Positions 25,142 to 37,011 of a DNA stretch of 64,000 nucleotides are shown here, in pieces (position 1 is the stretch's first letter; every line of letters starts with the position of its first letter). Under the pieces are notes generated by a model. The model ran no database searches, was not told the DNA's origin, and saw only the letters and a list, made by a program, of their open reading frames with translations. The DNA is taken from positions 1 to 64,000 of the forward strand of contig CALSCO010001760.1 in the NCBI GenBank assembly GCA_943704415.1, read 5' to 3'. The stretch is from Parvularia atlantis. Taxonomy: Eukaryota. A program made the translations under genes and the position numbers.

Positions 25142-26658
25142 TCAGCGAACGTAGGGCGGGGGCAAGGGCTTGCTGTTCATGAACGTCTGCCCCTGCTGCT
25201 CCTGCGCGGGCATTGTGCGGATGGTCGATGCGGCCGAGGACGAGGGCGCGCCGCCGTAGAGCGCGTTGTTGGAGGCGTACACGCTCTGGTACGGGATCGG
25301 CTGCTGCTGCGCACGGCGGGCTGCACGTGAGCCGCGTGTGCGCGAGCACGGCTTGTGCGCGCGCACCATCGGGTACAGCGACGGCTGCGACGGCCCGCCG
25401 TACGTGGTCAGGTGCACACCTGGCGCACGGGCGGAGGTGAGCGGGGCAGAGCGAGTGAAGGAGGCCGCGCAGACGCACGCTCGCCCGCCGGCAGCAGGCG
25501 CTGCGTCTCGTCGTCGAGCCGGACGGGTCCGTTGTTGGCCTGGTCGTCCGACGCGGTGTCCGAGTTGCTGTCAACGCTGGCACTGCGCGGGCGCGCCGTG
25601 CCGGTGATGCTCGACATGAGGTCGTAGTGCCGGCTGGACCAGTTTGTCTGGATGATCATGAACAGCACGGCCTGGAAGACGGACGAGGCGACGATGACGA
25701 CGCCGATGCTCCCGTCGACGATGCCTGGCGCGCGCGGGGTTGGCGGTCACGGCGTGCAAAAGGGCCACGGGCGCGCGCGCACCCCACGCGAGGAACTCGA
25801 ACCACACGATCGGCGGGTACTGCATCAGGTTGTCGGCGCGGACGAGCGTCGCGAGGGTCGCGAAGACGGCGAGCGCGACGCCCGTCTTGAGCGCGTAGTC
25901 GAGGCCTTTTTTTTTTTCGGCGGGCGACGTGAGTGGCAAGCGGCACAAAGGTGGCCCGATGATGGGGGGAGTGCCGCGCACCGACGAGGACGAAGAACGA
26001 GCCGAGGACGGACGTGCTGAAGATGACGGCGGTCTTGGCGCGGAGCAGCGTGAGCAGCAGCATGACCACGACCATCGCGCCGGTCGTGCCCGCGAGCACG
26101 ACCGTCTCGTATTGCCGCTCGGGTGCTGCGCGCGCCACGTCCGTTAGCCGCGCGGGATCCCGCCGCCCCGTCGACGTCGCGCACCGATTGGCAGCGACAG
26201 GAGGAACGCGGCCATCAGCACGGCGTTGGCCGCGACGAGCACGACCAGCCGCGTGCGCGAGAAGACTGCGAGGATGACGCTGACGACGAACCCCGTGGCC
26301 GCGCCGATGCCGAGGTTGACTGAACGACGCGACGCACGCCGCACGACAACGGTCACGTCAGGCCACGTCGCAGGAGCGGGATCCCGCAACCCGCACGCAC
26401 GCGCGGGGTCCGTGCTGCTCGAGAAGCGGTCGAGCAGGTGGTAGCACACGCCGCCGAAGCCCAGCAGCCCCACCAGCAGCGCCGCCAGCAGCGTCTGACG
26501 GCAGCCGAAGAGGCCGAGGAACACGCCGGTCACCGTCACCAGCGCTGCGGGTCGCGCGCCTCCCGCCGTCAGCGCCCTGCTCGCTGCGGCCTGGCCCGTG
26601 CGCCCCCCGCGGACGCACACACGAGCACGTCGTTGGCCACGTCCCACTGGAAGTCCAT
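25142..26658 (-). CDS. Multi-pass membrane protein (DUF4203/TM7SF3/TMEM198-like)
   Basis: ~7 hydrophobic segments (GVFLGLFGCR, STSVLGSFFVLVGLDY); Pro/Tyr-rich tail ending PPPYVR*. Confidence 0.65.
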
Positions 26659-26743
26659 GGCACGGCGAGCGCGGCTTGTTGCACAAAAGCAAGCAAAGTG
26701 GGACATCCCCCGTGATCCGTAGGCCTGACACATCGATCAGGCT

Positions 26744-28123
26744 TCACGAACGCTGCGACGCGCGCGGACGCGGCTCGCGGCGCTGGTCAAAGCCCTTGAA
26801 GTCGCCCGTGAACGGCGCGACGTGCGTCATGACCTCGGCGAAGAAGTTCCAGTCGAGCATCTTGGCCAGGAACACCTTCATCGCCTGCGTGACAAGGCCC
26901 TGCGTCGTCGCCGTCGCCGTTGTCAGAAGCAGCATGCACCGGCAAGCGCCGGACGCGCCTGGTCGACCACCGTGAACCGCCCCGCCGCCGTGAAGATGGC
27001 GTCGGCGATCACGCGCGGCGGCTGGCCCAGGCTGGCCGACGCGATCACGGCCTGCATGCCGTCCGCGTTGTTGTAGAACCTGTGCGGCCGTCAAGGACCC
27101 GCTCGGCCGGTGCACACGCGCGCGCGGCGCGCACCGTGTCGAGATCGGGCTCGGGTGCACGACGACGACGTCGATGCCGAACGACTTGACCTCGGCGCTG
27201 ATCGAGGCCGCAAAGGTTGTGAGGAACGCCTTGGTGGACGCGTACCTGGCGCCGGCGTCGCGCGTCAGTCGTGCGCGCGCGGGGCGCGAGCGGGCGGGCG
27301 CACATCGCGGCGAGCGGCGTCGGGATGAACCCGGCCGACGACGACGTGAAAGCGATCAGCCCGCGCTGCTTGCGGTCGAGCATCTTGTTGATGAAGTGGT
27401 GCGAGAGCTTGACGGCCGCGGTCGCGTTGACCTCGTAGTTGCGCATGTTGCTGCGGGCCCCCATCAGCCCGCCGCCACCGTGCACCCACGCGGGCGCACG
27501 CCACCGGTCAAGTGAGTTCTCGAAGAAGAAGCCCGTCGTGATGTAGCCGGCGTTGCTGCGGGCGCACACGCGCGTGTGAGCGACGTCCGACCACGGGCAG
27601 GCGCGCGCACTTGAAGACGAGCTGGATGGGCAGGTCGTCGGTCATCGAGGCGATCTTGCCGAGGTAGTCGCCCTGCGACAGGTCGACCGGCACGGCGCGG
27701 AAGGTGACCTTTGGGAACTCCTTCGGCAGGTCGGACATGGCCTCCTGCTCGCGGCGCGCCGTGAGCCGTCGGCGTGCGTCTATCGAGCGAGAGCGCGCGC
27801 GCACCTTGAGCAGCTTGTCGTCGAGCGCGGCGATGGCCACGTTGATGCCCTGCGACGCTAGCTTCTGCGCGATCGCCTTGCCTATCCCCGACGAGCCGCC
27901 TGCGCCGCGACCCGCGCTCAGCCGACGACGGCGCGGTTCTCACGCGGCGCGCACCGGTCACGATGGCCCACTGCGCGTCGTAGCGCTTGCGCAGGTCCTG
28001 CGGGGCGAGCAGCCAGCCGTAGGCGAGGACGGGGAGGGCGTACGTCACGAGCGCGACCGCGCCAAACACGGCGCAGGCCGCCCAGAGCCAGCCGAGGACG
28101 GCGCCGACGACGACGTCCAGCAT
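26744..28123 (-). CDS. SDR of the HSD17B12/IFA38 (3-ketoacyl-CoA/steroid reductase) family
   Basis: N-terminal TM, PQDLRKRYDAQWAIVTGGSSGIGK, FNNAGY, FTSSSAG, catalytic YASTK. Confidence 0.88.
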
Positions 28124-28246
28124 GGTGAAACCAGAAGTAGCATGACAGATCAGGCCATTCTGCCTCCATGGCCGCGCGGCCATGCGCCGCCCACTCCGCG
28201 GCCATGCGCCGCCATGCGCCGCCCACTCCGCGGCCATGTTTCCAGC
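28124..28246. promoter_or_regulatory. Bidirectional promoter SDR/NSDHL with ATCAGGCCAT SRE-like site and 28-bp direct repeat
   Basis: 123 bp between divergent ATGs; GATCAGGCCA at 28148-28157; repeat at 28179-28206 and 28211-28238. Confidence 0.6.
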
Positions 28247-29639
28247 ATGCCGGCGAAGGCGGCACGGTTCAACTGGACGGTGCGCGGCGCGCGTCTCGCG
28301 TCTCGCTCTCGTCGACGCGGCGGCGCGCGGCGCGCGGCGCGCAGGACACGACGGCCGTCGTTGTCGGCGGCGCCGGCTTCCTCGGCGCGCACCTCGTGGC
28401 CGAGCTGCAGACGCACGGCGCGCGCGTGGTCGTGTTTGACGTGCGCGCGCCGGTCGCGCTGGGCGAGCGCGTCACGGCCGTCGTCGGCGACCTGTGCGAC
28501 CGCGGCGACCTCGCGCGCGCCTTTGCCGGCGCCGACGTCGTCTTCAACGTCGCGTCGCCGCACCCCGAGTCGCCCGACACGTGCGCCGGCCGTGTGGCGC
28601 GCACGAGAAGCGGCCTCACAACGGCCCGCAGACGCGTCTTTGACAAGGTCAACATCGACGGCACGCGCACGGTGATCGAGGCGTGTCGTGCGGCGGGCGT
28701 CAAGGTGCAGCGTGCGACGTGCGACCTGCAGCGCGCGCGGATGCGCCGTGCTCACGCCGACCGCGCAGCGCCTCGTCCTCACCAGCAGCGCCAGCGTCGT
28801 GTACAGCGGCGTCGACCTCGAGAACGGCGACGAGTCGCTGCCGTACGCGGCGCACCCGCAGGACTACTACGCCTACAGCAAGATCCAGCAGGAGAAGGCG
28901 CGGCGGCGATGGCGGCAGCAGCGACGCGGACGCGCCGTGGCTGATCGATCCGCGCAGATCGTGCTCCAGGCCAACGCGTCCGACCTCATGACCGTCGCCG
29001 TGCGCCCGCACTTCATCTACGGCCCGCGCGACCAGCCCGTGACGGCGATGGTGCAGCAGGGGCGCGCCGGCCGCCTCAAGTACATAATCGGGTGCGCCCC
29101 GCTGTACCGCCGCATGCGCGCCTACGGCTGATCGCCGCCGCACGGCGCGCCGCAGCAACGGCAAGAACCTCACGTCCGTCACCTTCGTCAAGAACGTCGC
29201 CTACGCCATGGTCCTCGCGGCCGAGCACCTCTACCCGGGCTCGCCGGCGTGCGGCCAGGCACGCTGCCCCGCACACGCTGCCCTGCCCATACACTGCTCA
29301 CGTGCGCGCGCGCAGGCGTACCACGTCGACGACGGCGCGCCGGTCGGCTTCTGGCAGTTTGCGGGCGACGTGATGGAGCTGTGGGGCATGCCGCGCCCGT
29401 CCGTGCCGCTGCCGTACGGCCTGCTGCTGGCGCTGTCGATCCTTGTGTCGTGGGTGCTCGCGCTCCTCCGCCCGCTCACGGGCGAGATCAAGTTCGCGTT
29501 CAGCCCCTCGCGCATCCGCCTCGCCGGGACGCACCACTACTACAGCAGCGCGCGGGCCCGGCGCGACCTCGGCTACAAGCCACCCTTCACAACGGCGGAG
29601 GGCCTCGCGTTCACGCGCAAGCACAGTCCGCCGCTCTGA
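28247..29639 (+). CDS. NSDHL: Sterol-4-alpha-carboxylate 3-dehydrogenase (decarboxylating), NSDHL/ERG26
   Basis: VVGGAGFLG, KVNIDGTRTVIEAC, LVLTSSASVVYSGVDLENGDESLPY, DYYAYSK, RPHFIYGPRD, RIRLAGTHHYYS..ARRDLGYKP. Confidence 0.92.
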
Positions 29640-29703
29640 TGTTGCTCTCTGCTTGTGTGTACGGGCGGCGCGCACGGGGTGCCGCGTGCAAATGTGCAGT
29701 GAG

Positions 29704-32700
29704 TCAGAACATGGAAGACTGCGTGCGCTGGTGCCCGCCGCCCTTGAAGAACTTGAACTTGAACCCGGCAGGCTTGTCGGGCGATGGCGGCTTGGCGCCA
29801 TTGGCGGGCACGGGCAGAGACGCCTTGGCCGTTTCAGGCGAGCGCAGCATGCGCGTGAGCAGGGACGCCGTCGACGCCACGGGCGACGCCGCCGACAGCG
29901 CCGCAGCCTCCTCGTCGCCGTCCTCGTGCCCGGCCTCGCCCTCGGGCGCCGACCCGTCGCCCGCCCCCTCGTGCGCGCTGGGTGAGCCGCGCGACTCACC
30001 ATTGTCGCTGAGCAGCGACGGTGACACTGAGTGCAGCAGGTCTGCGCACGACGCAATCAGCGGGCTCGTTGTTGCGCGCCCAGCACGCGGTGCGCACCGG
30101 GACTGGACTCGGACGGCGGCGTGCGCACGCGCAGTTCGCGCTGCGACGAGTGCGACGCGGCCGCGGCCACGAGTTTGTGCGACGACGTCGTCGGCGAGCG
30201 CGCCCCGCCGAGCCAGCTGTTGATCCGGTCCGACACGCTCATCGTGCGCGACACCTTGGCCGGCTTCATCGGCTTGTCGGCTGGCAGAGCGCGCTCAGCC
30301 AAGACGTGCGCACACAGTGCAACCGGGCGCACCGACGACGGCGTCGTACTGCCGCGTGAACAGCGAGTCAAAGTCGACCTCGAGCAGGCTCAGGATCTTG
30401 GTCAGCAGCAGCAGCCTGCAGTTCTCGTCGTACAGGAACGCCGACGGCAGGTACCTGCGGCTGCGGGGTGCGCGCGCATGTGTCGGCGGGGCTGTGCAGT
30501 GACCAGCGGCGGCCGCGCACTTGATGTGCTCCCGGTCCGACAGCATTAGGTCCATGTGGTTGTACAGCTCCTTCTTCTCGAGCGACAGGCGGATCCACGC
30601 GCGCGCCCGGCTCACGTTGGCCTTGAGCTGTCGCGCTGCGTGAGCACGGCGCAGCAGCGACGCTGCCCTCACGCACGTGCGGCATCTGCTCCACAAAGGC
30701 CACGTCCGCCGCGATCTGCGAGATCGCGCACTCGCGCACAAAGTCCCAGAACGCGGCGCTGTCACGCGACGCTGGCGCGCACGCACGCTCAGCGATATCG
30801 CGCAGCAGGCCGCGCGTGCTCGCACCCGACAACGTAGCGCGCTCGGTCCGGTCGTGCGCAAAGATGCGCTCGAGCACGTTGCAAAAACCCAGGATGCCTG
30901 CATCCTGCGCGGCCTGCACGTCCGCCAGCGAGCGCTTGCTCTGGCCTGGCGCCCGCTCGTGAGCAGCCCGCGCGGCTCGCACGCCCGCGCGGCTCGCACC
31001 CTTCTTGTGCGAGCACGAGACGATCAGGTGCACGGTGCACTCGGAGAACTTTTGCAGCAGCATGTCCTTGAGCTGCGATGAGGCGTCTGTGCGTGGCGGC
31101 GCGTGCATCAGCCACGCCCAGGCATGCGCGTGCAGCGCGCACCGCCCGTGTTGCTCGTGCTGATCATCTGCGCCGACCGGGCCATCATCTGCGTCTTGCG
31201 CCGCGACTCGGTCGCCACTCCCGCCGACGACGTGCGCCGCAGCGGCTCTGGCAAGCTCTGCGCGCAGCACGCGAGCTCAGCGACGCTCAGGCGCACCGAG
31301 CGGGCGCACTTCGGGGAAGACCGCGCGGTCAAACAGCGGGAAGCTGTGCAGACGCTCATCTGCCAAGGGCCCGACGGCTGAGCCACCTGGCACGCCAGCA
31401 GCGAATGCGCGGCGCACCCGTGAGCACGCCAGGCGGGAAGCTGAAGCCCTCGGTCGTCGCCTTGATCCATTCACGCGCCGCGGGCATCTCCTCAAACTCG
31501 ACCGGCACACGGAAGTGCTGCTGTGACTCGTCGTCGGTCGAGTTGCTGTACTGCGTGGCGCGGGCGACAGCGGTTAGCGCGTGCGGTAGCGGTGCGCAGC
31601 GCCACGCACGCACCATGTCGATGCATGCGTCAAAGAACTCGATCTCCGGGTCGTCCTGGTCGTCTAGGCGCGCCTCGACGAACGCCGTGAACATCTGCGA
31701 CTGCAGGAACAGCGCCAGGAAGGGGCGGCTGCTCGGCGCCTGCTCGGTCAGGAAGCCGTTGATGTCAAACTGGCGCCGCACAGGCGTGTCAGTCGACGTT
31801 GGCGGATCACGCTATGCACAGGCCGCACCCGCACGGTGTCGGACAGCTGTGCGAGGTTGGCCGACAGCGCGGACCCGCTCGCGTCCGGCCCGCGGTCGCC
31901 GTCGTACTGCGACACGCGGCGCTCCAGGCGCGGGTGCGCGCCGTCGTCCGACGCGGGTGTGCCGGCGTGCGAGCCGTCCCAGCTGCCGTGACCGTGGCCG
32001 TCGCCGATCGGGAGCGGCGCCGAGCTCTGCGCAGCATGAGCGCATGCATCCACACCCGGGCGCGTCTGCCTGCCGCACCGGTGTGCTGCCGAGCGAGCTG
32101 CCGACGTGGTCTTTGTCCAGCAGGAAGCTCTGGTAGTTGCTCAGGATCGACAGGAAGAACGCGAGGAAGATCTCCTGCACGAAGCGGATCATGGCCCGCG
32201 CACTCATGCTGTGTGTGTGCGCGCCGCGTCAGCAGAAACGCGCGGCAGCGCCGCACGCACGTCTCCGTCGGCTGCCCCTTGGATTCTGCGACGCTGAGGA
32301 GTGCCGCGCGGAGCACGTCACGCTCGCGCTCGGGCAGGGGCGGCATCTCCTCCTGCCCGAAGTGGATCTCGTCCTCGTCCAGGTGCACGACGATGACCTG
32401 CGCGCACATGTGTTGGACGGCGCACGCTGCACGGCCCCCGCGCGCGCGCACGTCGGGCGGCAGGTCGAGTGCGGCCACGCTCTCCTCGCTGAAGATGCCG
32501 ACAATGTAGGGCATGGGTGCCTCGACCACGTGGCGCAGCTTGGACGAGAGGTTGGGGATGTAGCAGCCGACCCAGTAGAACGGAAAGACGAACTGGCGTG
32601 GGGGGGCATGAGCCGATGAGGCAGCGGACGAGCGGCGGGCGCGCACCTTGGTCATCGTCTCGGCCACGTCCGTAAGCAGGTGCAGCTGCGACGAGAGTAG

Positions 32701-33623
32701 GATGATGCGCTTCTCGAGCAGGATGCACTGGAACAGCAGAATGATGTTGTCGACGTTGAGCGCGCTGAAGAGCGACGCGAGCGAGAGCTGCGCCCCGACC
32801 GCGCGTCAGCGGCGACGAGCGGCGCCAAGCGGGGCCGCGCGCACGTCAAAGAGCGGCAGGCTGTTCTCGGGTGGGCGCTGCACGACGATCGGCTCGTACA
32901 CGCCGAACGCGACGGGCTCGCCGCCCGCGGCGGGGAACGGCACGTCGTGGAAGAGGCTGTACAGTTGGCTGCGGCGTGCGTACGCGCGTCAGCAGCAGCT
33001 GCGGTCCAACGGTCGGGTCGTGCGCGCACCACTCGACCGGCACGTCGTGGATGGCCGGCGGCGTGACCGAGTACGAGTGCAGCTGTTGCAGGTACGACTT
33101 GAACGAGTTGCTGAGGGGCCAGTGCGTGAGGATGCACAGGCACTTTGGCACGTAGACGGTCGGCGCGGCGGCGTCGTCGGCCGCGCGCCGCTCCTCGTGC
33201 ACGGTGTAGCAGAAGCCGTACGCAGACGACTGGCCCGGCGCGCGCGCACGCGTCAGCCTCGCCCACGACGCCCACCCGCCGCGCCCGCACCCCGTCGCCC
33301 TTGGTCATGACGAACGAGTGGAACACGGGCGGCTCGATCTCGGGCTGCAGCCGCAGGTCGTTCGGGACGCACAGCTGCCGCGCGCGCGCACAGGCGGGCG
33401 CTCAGCCACGTCCGGCACCACACGTGACACGCGCGCGCACCAGCGGCAGCGCCTGCAGCTCGAGCGGGAAGTCGTCGCGGTCGGCCCACGGGTACCGCGC
33501 GAGCACCTCGGGCGTATGCTCGAGCGCGAACGCGTCGGGCTGGGCCAGCGCGGCGTCGACGCGCGCGGCCGGCAGCCCCACGACGAGGAAGTAGTCGAGC
33601 AGGCGGCTGGGCCGCCGCGGCAT
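29704..33623 (-). CDS. DENN-domain Rab GEF with C-terminal RUN domain (DENND5-like)
   Basis: LLDYFLVVG, FHSFVMTKGDG, YVPKCLCILTHWP, ILLEKRII, EAPMPYIVG, FLQSQMFTAFV; RUN LERIFAH..ARAWIRLSLEKK. Confidence 0.88.
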
Positions 33624-34218
33624 CGTGCGAGGGGCGGCGGCGGCGGGGGGGGGGGGGGGGGAGAGAAGGGCGCGTGTGCGGCGCGTGCGTTTGTTTGAAG
33701 ATGCACGAAAACTGAGCCACGCACACGGCATCATGGCGGCATTTGTCACCTTACTGCGGCTGTGTATACCCTCAAGATCGAAACAGTTGAGATTTCGTCA
33801 CTAACATTCGCCGGGCCGGTTCCTTTAGCATTCATTTCACAACGGCGAGCCCGCAGTCGTTTCGAGTCGCCCAGCCATGCACACCAAAAAAAAAAAAAAA
33901 AAAAAAAAAACGCACCGTGTTTCAGTGGTATAGGCCGTCCTTGAAGAGCCCGATGCGGGTCGGACACGCGGTTGTACAATGCGTGTTCCTTGCCGCAAAA
34001 ACTTTGCCTTTTCAGTTGCCACGGCGGAGGGCAGCGGGGCGCTCGAAGCCGGCCATGTGCGCTTTGAAGAGCGTGCTCCCCGTGCACGGCACCTCAGTCA
34101 ACTCTAGAACTAGCATGCGGCGTTGAGTGTTTTTAGCTCACTGGTAGGCCTACTGCGCAAAGTGAGGACGTCACGATAGGCCCCTACGGATGCATGGCCC
34201 AACATCCATATCCACACC

Positions 34219-35135
34219 ATGCTCGCGGGCCGTGTCGCGCTCGTGACGGGCTCGACCAGCGGCATCGGCCTGGGCATCGCGCGCGCGCTGGCGGCGTCGG
34301 GCGCGCACGTGATGCTCAACGGCCTGGGCGACCTGGCCGAGATCGAGCGGCTGCAGCGCGCTCTCGCGGCCGAGCACGGCGTGCGCGTGGGCTACTCGGC
34401 CGCCAACATGCTCAATAAGGACGAGGTGGCGGGGATGATCGCGCAGGTGCGCGGCGCGGTCGCCCCCGCGCGGCGAGCTGCGCGCGCTCACGGCGTGCGC
34501 CGGCCCGGCAGACGAAGCGCGAACTGGGCGCGGTCGACATCCTCGTCAACAACGCAGGCATCCAGCACGTCGCGCCGGTGGACCAGTTCCCGGACGAGCA
34601 GTGGGACCGCGTCCTGGCCGTCAACCTCACGAGCGCCTTTCACGCGATCAAGCACGCCGTCCCGCTCATGCGCGAGCGCCAGTGGGGCCGCATCGTCAAC
34701 ATCGCCTCGGTGCACGGCCTTGTCGGCTCGGCCAACAAGTCGGCCTACGTCGCGGCCAAGCACGGCCTGGTCGGCCTGACCAAGGTCGTGGCGCTCGAGA
34801 ACGCGACGAGCAACATCACCTGCAACGCCGTGTGCCCCGGTGCGCGCACGGCGACGCCGCTGCCCGTGCCCGCTGACGCCGCCGCCGCGCGCGCGCGTGT
34901 GTGCACAGGTTGGGTGCGCACGCCGCTGGTCGAGCAGCAGATCGAGGCGCGCGCGGCGCAGAACAAGACCTCGATCGAGCTGGCCACGCAGGACCTCTTG
35001 CGCGAGAAGCAGCCGTCGCTGCGCTTCGCCACCGTGGACCAGCTCGGCGCGCTCGTCGTGTTCCTGGCGTCGGACGCGGCGGCGAGCATGACGGGCGCGT
35101 CGCTGCCGGTGGACGGCGCGTGGACGGCGCAGTGA
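34219..35135 (+). CDS. bdhA: D-3-hydroxybutyrate dehydrogenase (bacterial-type SDR)
   Basis: ALVTGSTSGIGLGIA, NNAGIQHVAPVDQFP, NIASVHGLVGSANKSAYVAAKHG, CPGWVRTPLVEQQI, LREKQPS, DGAWTAQ*. Confidence 0.92.
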
Positions 35136-35209
35136 CGCTTTGCTTGGTTTGTGGGTGGACGGCGCATGGACGGTAATGCGCTGCTTGACGTCGGCTGCAC
35201 ACGGTGGCA

Positions 35210-36050
35210 TCACTTCTCGCCGCACACGAGGTACATGGGCGTGAAGATGTCGAGCTTGGCGCCGAGCACAAGATTCTCGGCCGCTGCGCAGGCGCAGGCG
35301 TGAGCCACGTGTGCGCGCAACAGGCAGGGGCACGCCGCACCCTCGATCAGCAGCTTCTGCACCTTGAGCGTGCCCTGCGGCGCAATGCCGACCGTCTCGA
35401 GCATCGATAGTGCCGTGTTGGTCACCACGCGGCCGACCTTGGACCGCGCGAAGCCTGGCGCAGGCGCAGCGCGGCGCGGCGCGGGCGTCATCGTGGCGCG
35501 CACGCGTAGAGCGGGCCGCGCACGCACCCTGCAGCGACATGGTGCCGTCGAGCGGCGTGTACCACTTGCTGTAGCCCTTGTGGCACAGCTCCTGCTCCAG
35601 CAGCGGCTTGAAGCCGGCCGCGCGCAGGCACTCGCTCACTTTCTTGGTCGTGCGCAGGTCGGCAATGCCGTCGCCAATCTGCGTGCGGCGGCGGTGAGCG
35701 CGGCAAGGCGTGCCCCCTCGCTGCCGCGTCGCACCTCGATGCCCTTCTTCACGCGCAGGTGCTCGCTGTTGTTCGGGTCAAACTTGTCCGTCATGCACCA
35801 CTCGTAGCTGCCAAACTGGCGATCGCGGTCGGGCGCACGTCAGGCGGCAGGCATGCATCGTGTCAGGCGGGACGCACGCGGCCGCCGGGCTTGAGGATGC
35901 GCCGGATCTCGCGGAAGACCTGCTCGAGGTCGGGCGCGTGGCACAGCGCCTCAATCGCGTACACGGCGTCGAACGAGTTGTCCGGGAAGTCGAGCTTCAT
36001 GAAGTCGCCCTGCGCGCGCGCGGTGTCAACATCAACACCACACACTCAAG

Positions 36051-36084
<34 letters not shown>

Positions 36085-36881
36085 CGCGCGCCGCACACGC
36101 ACCTTGACGAACGAGCACTGCGACGCCAGGCCGGCGCGCTCGGTCAGGTACGTCCCGCGCTTGCACTGGTACGCGTTGTTGTTGACGCCGACGATAGTCG
36201 CGCCCGTGAACAGCGCGATCTCGCGCATCGGGCCGCCGACGCCGCAGCCGAGGTCCTGCCGCGCCGCCACGTGAGTCGACAGGCCATGCACGCACGCACG
36301 CAGACACTCACCGCCACGCGCATGCCCGCCTTGATCCCGAGCTGCAGCGCCAGGTAGTGCTCGTGCCGCGCGATCGCCCGCTCGAGCGACTCGCCGTAGC
36401 CCATGGGCGCAAAGTGGAACGACGTGCCCCTGTCGCGCACGCGTCAGTGCTGCGGCAGGCAGGCATGCCAGGAAGCCGCTGGTGCACCAGCCAAACTCGT
36501 AAAAGTCCTGAGAGCGCAGGCGCGCGTGTGCGTCAGCGCGACGGCAGCACCACAGCGCTGAGACGCACCGTCGCGAGGTTGTAGTACGAGTTTGTGATCT
36601 CCTCATACCTGCACCGCGGTTCAGCACGGACCGCGCGCCCCGCCCCGCCCCGCCCACACGGCGCGCACCGCGACATGCGGTCGGCCCGGTTCTGCTCGTC
36701 GTTGGCGCCGTCGGCCGTCCACGCGTCGGCGTACTTGTCGACGACGCTGGCGACCTGTTGGCGTTCACCGTGTCACGCTTCGCGTCGCGAGCGCGCGCCG
36801 CGTCTCTCTCACCTTGTCCTTGTGCACGACCGAGTGCGAGATCGGCGTCACGACCGTGCCCGTCACGTCCACGGCTGCCAT
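35210..36881 (-). CDS. ERG6: Sterol C24-methyltransferase (ERG6/SMT1)
   Basis: [78 protein letters not shown]. Confidence 0.96.
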
Positions 36882-37011
36882 GGGTGCGCGCTGCGTGCCG
36901 CGTCGAGGAGAGAAGTGCGCTGAGCGCGACAAGCGTGACGCGGTGGCCTGATCGCCGCGGCGAATGTTCTCGAACGCTGCGCGGCCACGCTGCACTTGTG
37001 CCTTGAGCATC
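36882..37011. promoter_or_regulatory. Bidirectional promoter ERG6/USP with SRE-like ATCAGGCCAC (- strand)
   Basis: GTGGCCTGATC at 36943-36953; AAGCGTGAC at 36931-36939. Confidence 0.55.

Noticed and set aside
33746..34087. 113-aa minus-strand ORF
   Set aside because: It runs through the poly-T tract, has atypical codon usage and no recognisable motif.
34135..34150. TAGCTCACTGGTAG resembling a tRNA A-box/D-arm
   Set aside because: No T-arm GTTCGA or acceptor stem follows.
34000..34165. Calling the element U4 or U5 snRNA
   Set aside because: Only partial matches. The K-turn is absent and GCCTTTTCA is not the U5 loop GCCTTTTAC. Kept only as an unassigned candidate.
36051..36083. Poly-C tract (also poly-G ~33646-33661, (GA)n ~17434-17459 and ~52511-52533)
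   Set aside because: Ordinary homopolymers and microsatellites in introns or leaders.
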